Positions 1 through 9,340 of a DNA stretch of 64,000 nt are shown piece after piece. The stretch is from contig JARIAR010000015.1 in NCBI GenBank assembly GCA_029257805.1, positions 2,493 through 66,492 of the forward strand, in the 5' to 3' direction. Within the stretch, counting starts at the first letter, position 1. Each line of letters begins with the position of its first letter. The translations under genes and the position numbers were made by a program. The notes beneath the pieces were generated by a model that worked only from the letters and a program-made list of their open reading frames with translations, made no database searches and was not told the DNA's origin. Origin of the DNA: Blautia sp. Its GTDB lineage: Bacteria; Bacillota; Clostridia; Lachnospirales; Lachnospiraceae.

Positions 1-1161
1 TCCCTCGTTCTTTTTGATGAACTTGGAGCAGGAACGGATCCTACAGAAGGCGCTGCACTTGCCATCTCCATTCTATCTTATCTCCATGAGAAAGGTATCC
101 GCACTATGGCAACGACACATTACAGTGAATTAAAAGTGTATGCCCTTTCCACTCCGGGAGTAGAAAATGCCTGCTGCGAATTTGACGTAGAAACGCTGCG
201 TCCAACTTACCGCCTTTTAATCGGCGTTCCAGGAAAAAGTAACGCTTTTGCAATTTCTTCGAAACTCGGTCTGCCTGATTACATCATCGAAAAGGCAAAA
301 GAACAGATCAGTGAACAAGACGAATCCTTTGAGGATATGCTTACTTCTCTGGAACAAAACCGCATTACCATCGAAAAAGAAAGAGAAGAAATTGCCCGCT
401 ATAAGCAGGAAATTGAAACACTCAAGAATCAGATGGAATCTAAACAGGAAAAACTAGAGGAACGCAAAGACCGTATTATACGACAGGCAAATGAAGAGGC
501 TCACGCCATACTCCGTGAAGCAAAAGAATATGCTGACCAGACTATGAAAGCCTTTCATAAGTTCCAAAAAGACCACGTAGACACTGCAGCAATGGAAAAA
601 GAACGCCAAAATCTCCGCCAGCGTATGTCAAAAGCAGAAAAAGGCATGACTCAGAAAAAAACTGTTAAAAAGCCCAAAAAAGAATTGACTGCAAAAGATC
701 TTTCCCTTGGAGATTCTGTTAAAGTTCTCAGCATGAATTTACGAGGAACCATTTCCAGCCGTCCGGATCCTAAAGGTTATCTTTTTGTACAGATGGGTAT
801 TATCCGCTCCAAAGTGCACATTTCAGATCTTGAACTAATTGATGAACCAGTTATTACTACAGCGGCTCTTCAGCGTACAGGTGCAGGAAAAATACGTATG
901 TCAAAATCTGCCAGTGTTTCCACAGAAATCAATCTTCTTGGAAAAACTGTAGATGAAGCGATTGCAGAGCTGGACAAATATCTGGATGACGCATATCTGG
1001 CCCATATGAAGAGCGTGCGCATTGTTCACGGAAAAGGAACGGGTGCTTTACGAAAAGGGGTCCACAATTATCTAAAACGCCAAAAACATGTAGACTCTTT
1101 CCGCCTCGGAGAGTTTGGAGAAGGGGATGCCGGAGTAACTATCGTGGAATTCAAAAAATAA
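1..1161 (+). CDS. mutS2: Endonuclease MutS2, 5'-truncated by the window edge
   Basis: Frame 1 is open from base 1 (SLVLFDELGAGTDPTEGAAL, the MutS ATPase Walker-B region) to the stop at 1161. It has a K/E-rich coiled-coil linker and a C-terminal Smr domain (VRIVHGKGTGALRKGVHNYL). Confidence 0.85.
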   Translation, partial: SLVLFDELGAGTDPTEGAALAISILSYLHEKGIRTMATTHYSELKVYALSTPGVENACCEFDVETLRPTYRLLIGVPGKSNAFAISSKLGLPDYIIEKAKEQISEQDESFEDMLTSLEQNRITIEKEREEIARYKQEIETLKNQMESKQEKLEERKDRIIRQANEEAHAILREAKEYADQTMKAFHKFQKDHVDTAAMEKERQNLRQRMSKAEKGMTQKKTVKKPKKELTAKDLSLGDSVKVLSMNLRGTISSRPDPKGYLFVQMGIIRSKVHISDLELIDEPVITTAALQRTGAGKIRMSKSASVSTEINLLGKTVDEAIAELDKYLDDAYLAHMKSVRIVHGKGTGALRKGVHNYLKRQKHVDSFRLGEFGEGDAGVTIVEFKK

Positions 1162-1176
1162 GGAGGCAGATTCATC

Positions 1177-1878
1177 ATGATCACAAAACAAAAAATACTC
1201 ATTGTAGATGATGACAATAATATTGCAGAACTTATTGCCCTCTATCTGACAAAAGAATGCTTTGAAACGCGAATTGTAAACGACGGTGAACAAGCACTAA
1301 AAGAAGCGGCTTCTTTTCAGCCTCATTTAATCCTTCTTGATCTCATGTTGCCAGGAATGGATGGATACCAGGTATGTCGGGAAATCCGGCATACTTCAGA
1401 TGTTCCCATCATTATGCTTTCTGCAAAAGCAGAAACATTTGATAAAGTTTTGGGACTGGAATTAGGCGCCGACGACTACATTATCAAACCATTCGATTCA
1501 AAAGAACTGGTTGCAAGAGTCCGTGCCGTTCTCAGACGTTTTCAGGTTCGTCCTGCCCCCACAGACACAAACGAAAAATGTGTCACATACCCGGATCTGA
1601 CGATCAATCTGACCAATTACTCTGTTACCTATATGGGACAACAGATCGATATGCCCCCGAAAGAACTGGAACTTCTTTATTTTCTGGCCTCTTCACCAAA
1701 CCAGGTTTTTACAAGAGAACAGCTGCTTGACCATATCTGGGGATATGAATATATCGGAGATACCCGAACAGTAGACGTACACATTAAACGTCTCCGGGAA
1801 AAGATCAAAGACCATCCTTTCTGGTCACTTTCTACTGTATGGGGAATTGGATACAAATTTGAGGTGAAATCCCGATGA
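1177..1878 (+). CDS. OmpR/PhoB-family response regulator
   Basis: 233 aa. CheY receiver (ILIVDDD, LLDLMLPGMDG, IIKPF) plus a winged-helix C-terminus (TVDVHIKRLREKI, GIGYKF). A GGAGG SD lies upstream. Confidence 0.9.
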   Translation: MITKQKILIVDDDNNIAELIALYLTKECFETRIVNDGEQALKEAASFQPHLILLDLMLPGMDGYQVCREIRHTSDVPIIMLSAKAETFDKVLGLELGADDYIIKPFDSKELVARVRAVLRRFQVRPAPTDTNEKCVTYPDLTINLTNYSVTYMGQQIDMPPKELELLYFLASSPNQVFTREQLLDHIWGYEYIGDTRTVDVHIKRLREKIKDHPFWSLSTVWGIGYKFEVKSR

Positions 1879-3284
1879 CCCATTCCGTATTTAAAAAATT
1901 TTTAATCTATTACATTTGTCTTGGTATTGCCGGCTTTTTTCTCACTTCAGCAGGTGGTTCTTATTTGATTCAAAATCATCTGGAAATACAGACAAGCCGG
2001 CAGCTTTACCGGGAAGCACAGCACATTGCAGAAAATAAAGGCGCATTCGCAATTATAAAAAAACAAGGCACCATGGATCTTCAAAATACACTATCTGATA
2101 TGGCCAAGTTTCAAAATTTTCAGATTTGGATTACCGATACCCATGGAAAGATTCTCCTGAATACCGGAATGGAATACTCCACCCCCAACCAGGAAGAGGT
2201 ATCCCTTGCAGCTGAAAGACTTGCTCACAAAGATTGCTACGAAATAGGAAACTTCTATGGTAGTTTTTCCAATAATCAATTAAGTGTTGCAGCCCCGGTT
2301 CTTCACGGCATTACAAAAACCGGGTATGTTCTCATACATTACCCCATGCAAAATATATACAGGAATCGAAGTTCCTTCCAGGGAATTCTTCTCCTTGTTT
2401 TTTTCTTATTATATGGAATTACTTTACTATCATTAATCCTTTATCGTGCTCATGTGCACAAACCTCTTCAGCAGATTATAAGCGGAGCTTCTGAATTTGG
2501 AAACGGAAATCTTTCCCATAAAATCCCGGTAAAGACAGACGACGAAATGGGATACCTGGCAAATTCTCTAAACTATATGGCTGATAAATTAAATCGAAAC
2601 GGTGAATATCAGCGTCGTTTTATTTCCAATGTTTCCCATGATTTCCGCTCTCCCCTCACCTCTATAAAAGGTTTTGTAGAAGCAATGCTGGACGGAACCA
2701 TTCCTCCGGAAGCACAGGAAAAATATTTAAAGATCATTGCCTACGAATCAGAACGCCTGGAAAAACTTACAGAAAGCCTTCTTGCCTTAAATGATCTTGA
2801 TATAAAAAAACGTCTCATGCATATGCATCGTTTTGACATTAACGAAACATTACAAAACATCGCCGCAACATTTGAAGGGATCTGCGCAGAAAGAGACATT
2901 CACCTTACTTTATGTCTTTGTGAAAAAGCCCAATACGTTCGGGCGGATATGGAACAGATTCAGCAGGTCTTATACAACCTTCTGGATAATGCCTTGAAAT
3001 TCAGCAGCAATCACTCCAGCATCATTCTGGAAACTTCTGAAAAAAACGGAAAAGTATTTGTTTCTGTAAAAGATCACGGTTCTGGAATTCCCAAAGAAAA
3101 CCTTTCTAAAATATGGGAACGCTTTTATAAGCTGGATGCTTCCCGGGGAAAAGACAGAAAAGGCACCGGTCTTGGCCTTTCCATTGTGAAAGAAATCATA
3201 AACGCCCACGGGCAGAATATTAATGTAATCAGCACCGTAGGCGTTGGAACAGAATTTATATTTACATTAGAAAAAGCAAAATAA
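1875..3284 (+). CDS. Sensor histidine kinase (HAMP-HisKA-HATPase)
   Basis: 469 aa. The start overlaps the regulator stop (ATGA). Two TM segments, H-box SHDFRSPLTSI, N-box LDNALKFS, G-box GTGLGLSIV. Confidence 0.9.
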   Translation: MTHSVFKKFLIYYICLGIAGFFLTSAGGSYLIQNHLEIQTSRQLYREAQHIAENKGAFAIIKKQGTMDLQNTLSDMAKFQNFQIWITDTHGKILLNTGMEYSTPNQEEVSLAAERLAHKDCYEIGNFYGSFSNNQLSVAAPVLHGITKTGYVLIHYPMQNIYRNRSSFQGILLLVFFLLYGITLLSLILYRAHVHKPLQQIISGASEFGNGNLSHKIPVKTDDEMGYLANSLNYMADKLNRNGEYQRRFISNVSHDFRSPLTSIKGFVEAMLDGTIPPEAQEKYLKIIAYESERLEKLTESLLALNDLDIKKRLMHMHRFDINETLQNIAATFEGICAERDIHLTLCLCEKAQYVRADMEQIQQVLYNLLDNALKFSSNHSSIILETSEKNGKVFVSVKDHGSGIPKENLSKIWERFYKLDASRGKDRKGTGLGLSIVKEIINAHGQNINVISTVGVGTEFIFTLEKAK

Positions 3285-3289
3285 GAATT

Positions 3290-5017
3290 TCATCGTTCAA
3301 AAGGATCCCGCAGCATGCGATCTTCTTTTACCAGATAAATTCCTCTTGGTGTAACACGAATTTCCGGAATAACCGGAAGTGCCATAAAGGACAGGGTAAT
3401 AAAAGGATCAAAGCCTGCGGGAATTCCCATTTTATGTGCTTTTGGAATCATATCTGCAAGTGTTTCATTTACTTTTTCATAACCTTCATCGCTCATAAGT
3501 CCCATTACCTGCAAAGGAAGGGTTTTGTATACAGAGCCATTTTCCACAAGGGTATATCCTCCTTGGGTCCGCACAAGTTCTTTTACTGCAAGAATCATAT
3601 CTCTGTCATTATCCCCCACAACAATAATATTATGAGAATCATGAGAAACGCTGGATGCAATGGCTCCGCCTGTAAGGCCAAACCCTTTCAATATACCCAC
3701 ACCGATTTTTCCTGTATTTTTGTGACGCTCTACAACTGCAATTTTTTGATAGCGGGAATCCGATACAAAAATACACTCACCATTTTCTTCTTTCCACGGA
3801 ACTTCACCATAAGAATCCTGTGTTGTAATCTGTCCTTCTTCCATTAAAATCACATGAGCTTTTCCACCTGGATGTGCCAATTTCAGACATTTTTCCTTTA
3901 ATTTCGAAATATGTACCGTGTTTTTCAACATAGGAGGGCACGGCTTTATTTCTGCTTTCTCATCCGGGATAATCCGCTCTCCTTTATAGTAAACATCTTC
4001 CACATTAAGATTCTTTTCATCATCCAGTACAACAAAATCTGCCTGGTATCCTGGCGCAATCGCTCCAACATGTTTCAGCCCATAACAGCGTGCAGCCTGT
4101 ATTGTTGCCATCTTTAATGCCCGTTCAAGAGGAAGTCCCAGCTGTACTGCTCTTTTTACATTGTAATTAATATGACCATCTCTCCTGATTTCTTCTATAT
4201 GTTTATCATCTGTACAGAAACAGAAACTTTCTGTATCTGTATGATTCTCTACAATTCCTTTTACAATAGCATCCAGATTTCTAGCTGCACTTCCCTCTCT
4301 TATCAATACCTGCATACCATTGCGGCATTCTTCCATAGCATACTCATATGTGACACACTCATGATCTGTAGAAATTCCTGCAAGTGCATAAGCCGCCAGA
4401 TCTCCCTGTGACAAAAACGGTGCATGACCATCTCTTACTCGATTCTGAAATAAATTTAGCTTTTCATACATGGAAACGCTGCCTTCTATTACAGAAATAG
4501 CATCCATTACCTCTCCCAGTCCCAAAATTCTTGGATTTTCTAAATACGCTTTCATTTTTCCGGCAGTAAGAGTACAGCCGTTATCATCCACATGAGTTGC
4601 AGGAACACAGGACGGCATCATCACATATACATTAGCCGGAACAGATTCCGTCTGCTCCAGAATATAGTCAATTCCATCTGTGCCAGACACATTTGCAGAC
4701 TCGTGAGGATCTACAATAAACGTAGTCGTACCGCATTGTGCTGCCTGACGAACCAGCTCTCCCGGAGTTACAAGCGTCGATTCCAAATGTAAATGACTAT
4801 CTATAAAACCTGGTACAAGAAGTTTTCCATCTAATGGAATCTCTTTTTCTCCTTCATATGTACCAATTCCCAGAATTACGCCATCTGCCACTGCCACATC
4901 TCCAGAAACAAACTCTCCTGTATGTGAAAGAAAGACACGTGCATTTTTAAAAACAATCTGTGCTTTTTCCAATCCTCTTGCCATTTTGGAATGTATACGA
5001 TATTTTTCCAGTTCCAT
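3290..5017 (-). CDS. ade: Adenine deaminase
   Basis: 575 aa amidohydrolase with metal motif PGFIDSHLHLES. Length and domain order are typical of Ade. AGGAGG SD 6 nt upstream. Confidence 0.8.
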   Translation of the reverse strand: MELEKYRIHSKMARGLEKAQIVFKNARVFLSHTGEFVSGDVAVADGVILGIGTYEGEKEIPLDGKLLVPGFIDSHLHLESTLVTPGELVRQAAQCGTTTFIVDPHESANVSGTDGIDYILEQTESVPANVYVMMPSCVPATHVDDNGCTLTAGKMKAYLENPRILGLGEVMDAISVIEGSVSMYEKLNLFQNRVRDGHAPFLSQGDLAAYALAGISTDHECVTYEYAMEECRNGMQVLIREGSAARNLDAIVKGIVENHTDTESFCFCTDDKHIEEIRRDGHINYNVKRAVQLGLPLERALKMATIQAARCYGLKHVGAIAPGYQADFVVLDDEKNLNVEDVYYKGERIIPDEKAEIKPCPPMLKNTVHISKLKEKCLKLAHPGGKAHVILMEEGQITTQDSYGEVPWKEENGECIFVSDSRYQKIAVVERHKNTGKIGVGILKGFGLTGGAIASSVSHDSHNIIVVGDNDRDMILAVKELVRTQGGYTLVENGSVYKTLPLQVMGLMSDEGYEKVNETLADMIPKAHKMGIPAGFDPFITLSFMALPVIPEIRVTPRGIYLVKEDRMLRDPFER

Positions 5018-5240
5018 ACGGCGCCTCCTTTTTTCTGACTTTTCAAAACATTTTCTTATTTTTTTCTTTTCATTTTGTATTTATTGTTTATTTCCCTAAT
5101 ATTATCATTCATTTTTATAATATGCAACTACTTTTCTACTGTTTTTATCCATCTTTTCAAAATTCTAAAATTCCCAAAATAAAAAAGTATATTTCAGGTT
5201 ATACCATAATAATCTGAAATATACTTTTATTTGTTTTCTT

Positions 5241-5741
5241 TTATTTCCAGTCAAAATTTCGAAGATGACCTTCCAGGTTCATATGTGCAAAATCATGCTG
5301 ACGAAGTGCTTCATAAAGTACGATTGCTACGGAATTACTGAGATTTAGAGAACGAATATCTCCGATCATAGGAATCCTTACACAGGTATCCTGATTGTTT
5401 ACAAGAATATCTTCCGGAATGCCGGCGCTTTCTTTTCCAAACATAATATAACAATCTTCTTCATAAGAAACTTCTGTATAGGTATTTGGTGCCTTTGTTG
5501 TAGCATAATAAATTTTTGCTCCTGGATTTCTTTTAAGAAAATCATCGTAATCCAGATAAGTTGTCACATCCAGATCTTTCCAGTAATCCATACCTGCACG
5601 TTTAATCGCTTTTTCATTTAACTGAAATCCCAGCGGTTCAATAAGATGAAGCCTTGTTCCTGTTGCTACACATGTTCTCCCAATATTTCCTGTATTAGCC
5701 GGAATTTCCGGCTCATGGAGTACAATATTTAATTTTGCCAT
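5241..5741 (-). CDS. trmL: tRNA (cytidine/uridine-34 2'-O)-methyltransferase TrmL, SpoU/TrmH class
   Basis: 166 aa. Has the HEPEIPANTGNIGRTC and LNLSNSVAIVLYEA knot motifs. The start overlaps the upstream ORF by 13 nt. Confidence 0.85.
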   Translation of the reverse strand: MAKLNIVLHEPEIPANTGNIGRTCVATGTRLHLIEPLGFQLNEKAIKRAGMDYWKDLDVTTYLDYDDFLKRNPGAKIYYATTKAPNTYTEVSYEEDCYIMFGKESAGIPEDILVNNQDTCVRIPMIGDIRSLNLSNSVAIVLYEALRQHDFAHMNLEGHLRNFDWK

Positions 5742-6343
5742 GTTTTTATTACTCCTTTTATTTCATCTTCTCCGGGCCTGTCCAGATATCTGGCATTTTC
5801 TCTACTGTAAAGAAGTCTGCCTTTTCCACAATCTGTCTGCCCGATCACTTCTGCCATCCACCCCATTCTCCGGAATCTGGAAGCCAGTTCTTCCCCGTTG
5901 GAAATCCCTATTAAAAAAGCTCCGGTTCCCAGCAGACGATAAGGATTTACATCAAAGATTTCACAGATTTCTATTGTTTCCTGACGAATGGGGACTTTTC
6001 TTAAATCTACAGAAAGACCAACCTCCGACGCCTCTGCCATCTTCCACAAAGCAGACAAAAATCCCCCTTCTCCTATTGCATAAAGAGAGGTGGCTCCAAA
6101 CTGCAATGCCATATCTCCGGCTGACTGTTTCTCTTTGTCTACCCTGTAGTTTTCAAATAAATTTTTTCCACTATTAAGAAAACCTAAGGAAAAATATTTC
6201 AAAAGCTCCTGCTCTTTTACCTCTGCAATAACAGAAGTCCCTTTTAATCCTACAGGTCCTGCCACTACAAGTTCATCTCCGGGAAGAAGTCTTCCTGTCA
6301 CTTCTGCCTGAAGTGCTTCCATTGCTTCTTTTCCAAGTCTCAT
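5729..6343 (-). CDS. Stand-alone PurM-like C-terminal (AIRS_C) domain protein, function unknown
   Basis: 204 aa. GEGGFLSALWKMAEASEVGLSVDLRKVPIRQETIEICEIFDVNPYRLLGTGAFL resembles the C-domain of PurM/ThiL/HypE-type proteins. No N-terminal AIRS domain is present. Confidence 0.6.
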   Translation of the reverse strand: MRLGKEAMEALQAEVTGRLLPGDELVVAGPVGLKGTSVIAEVKEQELLKYFSLGFLNSGKNLFENYRVDKEKQSAGDMALQFGATSLYAIGEGGFLSALWKMAEASEVGLSVDLRKVPIRQETIEICEIFDVNPYRLLGTGAFLIGISNGEELASRFRRMGWMAEVIGQTDCGKGRLLYSRENARYLDRPGEDEIKGVIKTWQN

Positions 6344-6354
6344 ATATTTTCGCC

Positions 6355-6459
6355 TTACATTATTAAAGAAAGAACCGTTGGAACTACCATTGCCAGCACA
6401 AGAATAATTGCAATCACAGCTGTAATAATCTTTCTTTTCTTTGGATCAAACATACCCAT
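6355..6459 (-). CDS. Candidate 34-aa single-pass membrane micropeptide (MGMFDPKKRKIITAVIAIILVLAMVVPTVLSLIM)
   Basis: Translated by hand; it is below the ORF-track length cutoff. ATG with GAGGTGAAAG SD 4-5 nt upstream. It fills the gap between the radical SAM gene and the AIRS_C gene exactly. Basic N-terminus plus one hydrophobic helix. Confidence 0.4.
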   Translation of the reverse strand: MGMFDPKKRKIITAVIAIILVLAMVVPTVLSLIM

Positions 6460-6464
6460 ATCTT

Positions 6465-8126
6465 TCACCTCTCAAAAAAATCTTCCGTAATATTTTTTAT
6501 AACTGCATTGTTTGTAAGGGGATCTCGTTTTTCATAATCAAATAACAACACTTCTCCCGTTCCAAAAACTTCAATATGTGCTGTTTTCGGAACTTTCCTA
6601 TGTCGTCTGTACTCCCAGATTTCTTTTTCATAGGATTTCTGCGAAGGCGCAAAAGAAGGACGGCTTTTCAGATTTTCTCTTAAATACAAATCTAAAAGCA
6701 TATTTTTCACAATCTCTTCTTTTGAAATTTCCGGATATTCCCCGGCGAATTCCAAAAGGATCTCATATCTTCTTATTCTGGAATGTGAAATACAATGATA
6801 TCCTTTCTTTTCATAAAAATGCCCCAGTTCTTCATACATCGAAAAAGCATCTGCAAAAAAGCCTTCCATATATTCTAATGTATGTTTGAACTGACCACTA
6901 TTATAATACACTTCTACCATACTTTCCACTGTTTTCAGTACTAAAATTTCTCCATATGTCATCCACTTTGTAGACAAAATCTCATATGGCTCCTGTGCTT
7001 TATAGACCATCTCATATTCTTTTCCCATATCCTTCATATGAGATCCTTTTAGTACCTTTAAAAATCCTAATTGAAGCTGCTCCGGCTTTAATGCATAAAC
7101 ATCATTAAAGGAATGGCGAAAACGCTCCATATCCTCATATGGCAATCCGGCGATCAGATCAAGATGCTGATGAATATTTCCAAAACTGTGGATTCTTTTT
7201 ACAATTTTTGAAAGTTTTTCAAAATCCATTGTTCTTCTAATTGCCTGTATTGTCTGGGGATTTGTAGACTGCACGCCTATCTCCAATTGGATCAGACCCG
7301 GACGCATAGTTTCCATCAGTTGTAATTCTTCTTCCTTCAGAAGATCCGCAGAAATTTCAAAATGGAAATTTGTAATTCCATTATCATGTTCCACTATATA
7401 TCTCCAGATTTCCATAGCATGACTGTGCTTACAATTAAATGTTCTATCAACAAATTTCACCTGGGGAACCTGTTGGTCAATAAAAAACTGCAGTTCTTTT
7501 TTTACCAGTTCCAAATCCCGGAAACGAAGTTTTTTATCAACGGAAGAAAGACAGTAACTGCAGGAAAAAGGACAGCCTCTGCTGCTCTCATAATAAATAA
7601 TACGGTTTTTAAAATCTTCCATATTTTTATATGCAAAAGGAACGTTGCTTAAATCCATGATTTCCCGCCATCCATTGTGACAGATCTTATCATCGTTTCG
7701 AAAAGCGATTCCCCGTATTTTCTCCAGACTTCCTTCCCCTTCTGCATAGTATTTACAAAGTTCTAAAAATGTTTCTTCGCCTTCTCCCACCATAACACCA
7801 AAAAAATCCGTATTCTTTTTCAGAAAAATTTCTGCGTCAAAAGAGACTTCCGGTCCTCCCGCCCAAAAACAGGTATTTGGCAGGATCTTGGCAAGATCTT
7901 TTACAATTTCTTTTACAAATGTAATATTCCAGATATAGCAGGACACACATACTACATCCGGCTGCTCTAAATAAATGTCCCGTAAAATTTCATCTTTTTG
8001 TTGATTAATGGTATACTCTTTTAAAGAAACAAGATCTTTATATTTATCTGCATATGTTTTTAAATTATAAACTGCAAGATTTGAATGAATATATTTGGCA
8101 TTACATGCCACAAGTAAAATTTTCAT
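6465..8126 (-). CDS. B12-binding-domain radical SAM protein (DUF4080-type C-terminus)
   Basis: CX3CX2C cluster motif SSRGCPFSCSYC and an N-terminal MKILLVACNAKYIHSNL Rossmann-like start. The ORF track begins at 8150 (MRGWSIVL-); I prefer the ATG at 8126. The start is uncertain by 8 codons. Confidence 0.8.
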   Translation of the reverse strand: MKILLVACNAKYIHSNLAVYNLKTYADKYKDLVSLKEYTINQQKDEILRDIYLEQPDVVCVSCYIWNITFVKEIVKDLAKILPNTCFWAGGPEVSFDAEIFLKKNTDFFGVMVGEGEETFLELCKYYAEGEGSLEKIRGIAFRNDDKICHNGWREIMDLSNVPFAYKNMEDFKNRIIYYESSRGCPFSCSYCLSSVDKKLRFRDLELVKKELQFFIDQQVPQVKFVDRTFNCKHSHAMEIWRYIVEHDNGITNFHFEISADLLKEEELQLMETMRPGLIQLEIGVQSTNPQTIQAIRRTMDFEKLSKIVKRIHSFGNIHQHLDLIAGLPYEDMERFRHSFNDVYALKPEQLQLGFLKVLKGSHMKDMGKEYEMVYKAQEPYEILSTKWMTYGEILVLKTVESMVEVYYNSGQFKHTLEYMEGFFADAFSMYEELGHFYEKKGYHCISHSRIRRYEILLEFAGEYPEISKEEIVKNMLLDLYLRENLKSRPSFAPSQKSYEKEIWEYRRHRKVPKTAHIEVFGTGEVLLFDYEKRDPLTNNAVIKNITEDFFER

Positions 8127-8296
8127 TAAAACGATACTCCATCCGCGCATTAATATTGGAAATACTGAAAAGTACTGCCATACTGGATACTACCACTTCT
8201 CTTATCAAATGTCTAGCAATACCTATTTCATAGTTGTTTTTTCTCTTCTTTGGGCTTAAAATTAAAACATACTTTTATTTAGGAGGTACGCCACAC

Positions 8297-8977
8297 ATGA
8301 ACCAAAATGAACTTCATACATATTTCCAACAGTTTTCTTTCTGGAATCATATGACTTCAAAAGAGCAGGACATGCTTTTATCCAATATCCGTACTCTCCA
8401 TTACACAGAAGGAACTGCTGTACAATCCGGTGAACGTCAATGTCTGGGGACGCTTTTTATTTTAAAAGGCGTTTTAAGAGTTTATCTTCTCTCTTCTCAG
8501 GGAAAAGAAGCCACTCTTTATCGTCTTAGGGAAGGAGATATCTGTACCCTTTCTGCTTCCTGCATGCTTTCTGCAATTACCTTTGATGTTCAAATTGATT
8601 CCGAAACCGATTGTGAACTTCTGCTTCTTCCGGCTCCTGTTTTTTCTGAACTTATGAAAAACAATGTATATCTGGAAAGTTTCATTTATAAACTTACAGC
8701 AGAACACTTTTCAGACGTGATCTCTGGCATTGAACGCACCTTTTTTCTTACTTTGCCACAAAGAATTGCCGCATTTCTCCTTGACGAATCTGCGGAAACA
8801 GGATCGGATACTCTTAGCCTTACAAAAGAAAACCTTGCACGTTCCATCGGAAGTGCAAGAGAAGCTGTCAGCCGTGCCTTAAAACAACTTGTAACGGAAG
8901 AATGTATTGAAGTTGGTCGTGGTACCATTCATATCAAAAATAAAAGCCGCCTGTATCAAATGCTGAATCATTCCTGA
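8297..8977 (+). CDS. Crp/Fnr-family transcriptional regulator
   Basis: cNMP-binding-like beta-barrel followed by a C-terminal HTH (ENLARSIGSAREAVSRALKQL). AGGAGG SD precedes the ATG at 8297. The track start at 8234 is a TTG over-extension. Confidence 0.8.
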   Translation: MNQNELHTYFQQFSFWNHMTSKEQDMLLSNIRTLHYTEGTAVQSGERQCLGTLFILKGVLRVYLLSSQGKEATLYRLREGDICTLSASCMLSAITFDVQIDSETDCELLLLPAPVFSELMKNNVYLESFIYKLTAEHFSDVISGIERTFFLTLPQRIAAFLLDESAETGSDTLSLTKENLARSIGSAREAVSRALKQLVTEECIEVGRGTIHIKNKSRLYQMLNHS

Positions 8978-9015
8978 TCTCAGCTTATACAGACGGCCGG
9001 TTATGCCATTTGGAA

Positions 9016-9312
9016 TTATAACAGCTCTTTCAGTTTTTCCTTTGGAGTAAGGCCTACAATACGAGCCTCTTCTTTTCCATCTTTAAATACGATCAAAGTT
9101 GGAATGCTCATAACCTGATATCTCTGTGCTAATTCCATTTCCTGATCCACATCCACTTTTCCTACTGCGTATCCTTCTTCTGCCAGTTCTTCTACAATCG
9201 GTCCCTGACGTCTGCACGGTCCGCACCATGTTGCCCAAAAATCTACCAGTACCGGTTTTTCTGATTTTAATACTTCCTCTTCAAAATTCTGTAATGTAAA
9301 TACTTTTGCCAT
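9016..9312 (-). CDS. trxA: Thioredoxin
   Basis: WCGPC active site and about 100 aa. SD AGGAG is best spaced for the second ATG (9312); the track start is 9318. Confidence 0.9.
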   Translation of the reverse strand: MAKVFTLQNFEEEVLKSEKPVLVDFWATWCGPCRRQGPIVEELAEEGYAVGKVDVDQEMELAQRYQVMSIPTLIVFKDGKEEARIVGLTPKEKLKELL

Positions 9313-9340
9313 ATCCATTTCTCCTTTTTCTATTTATTCT

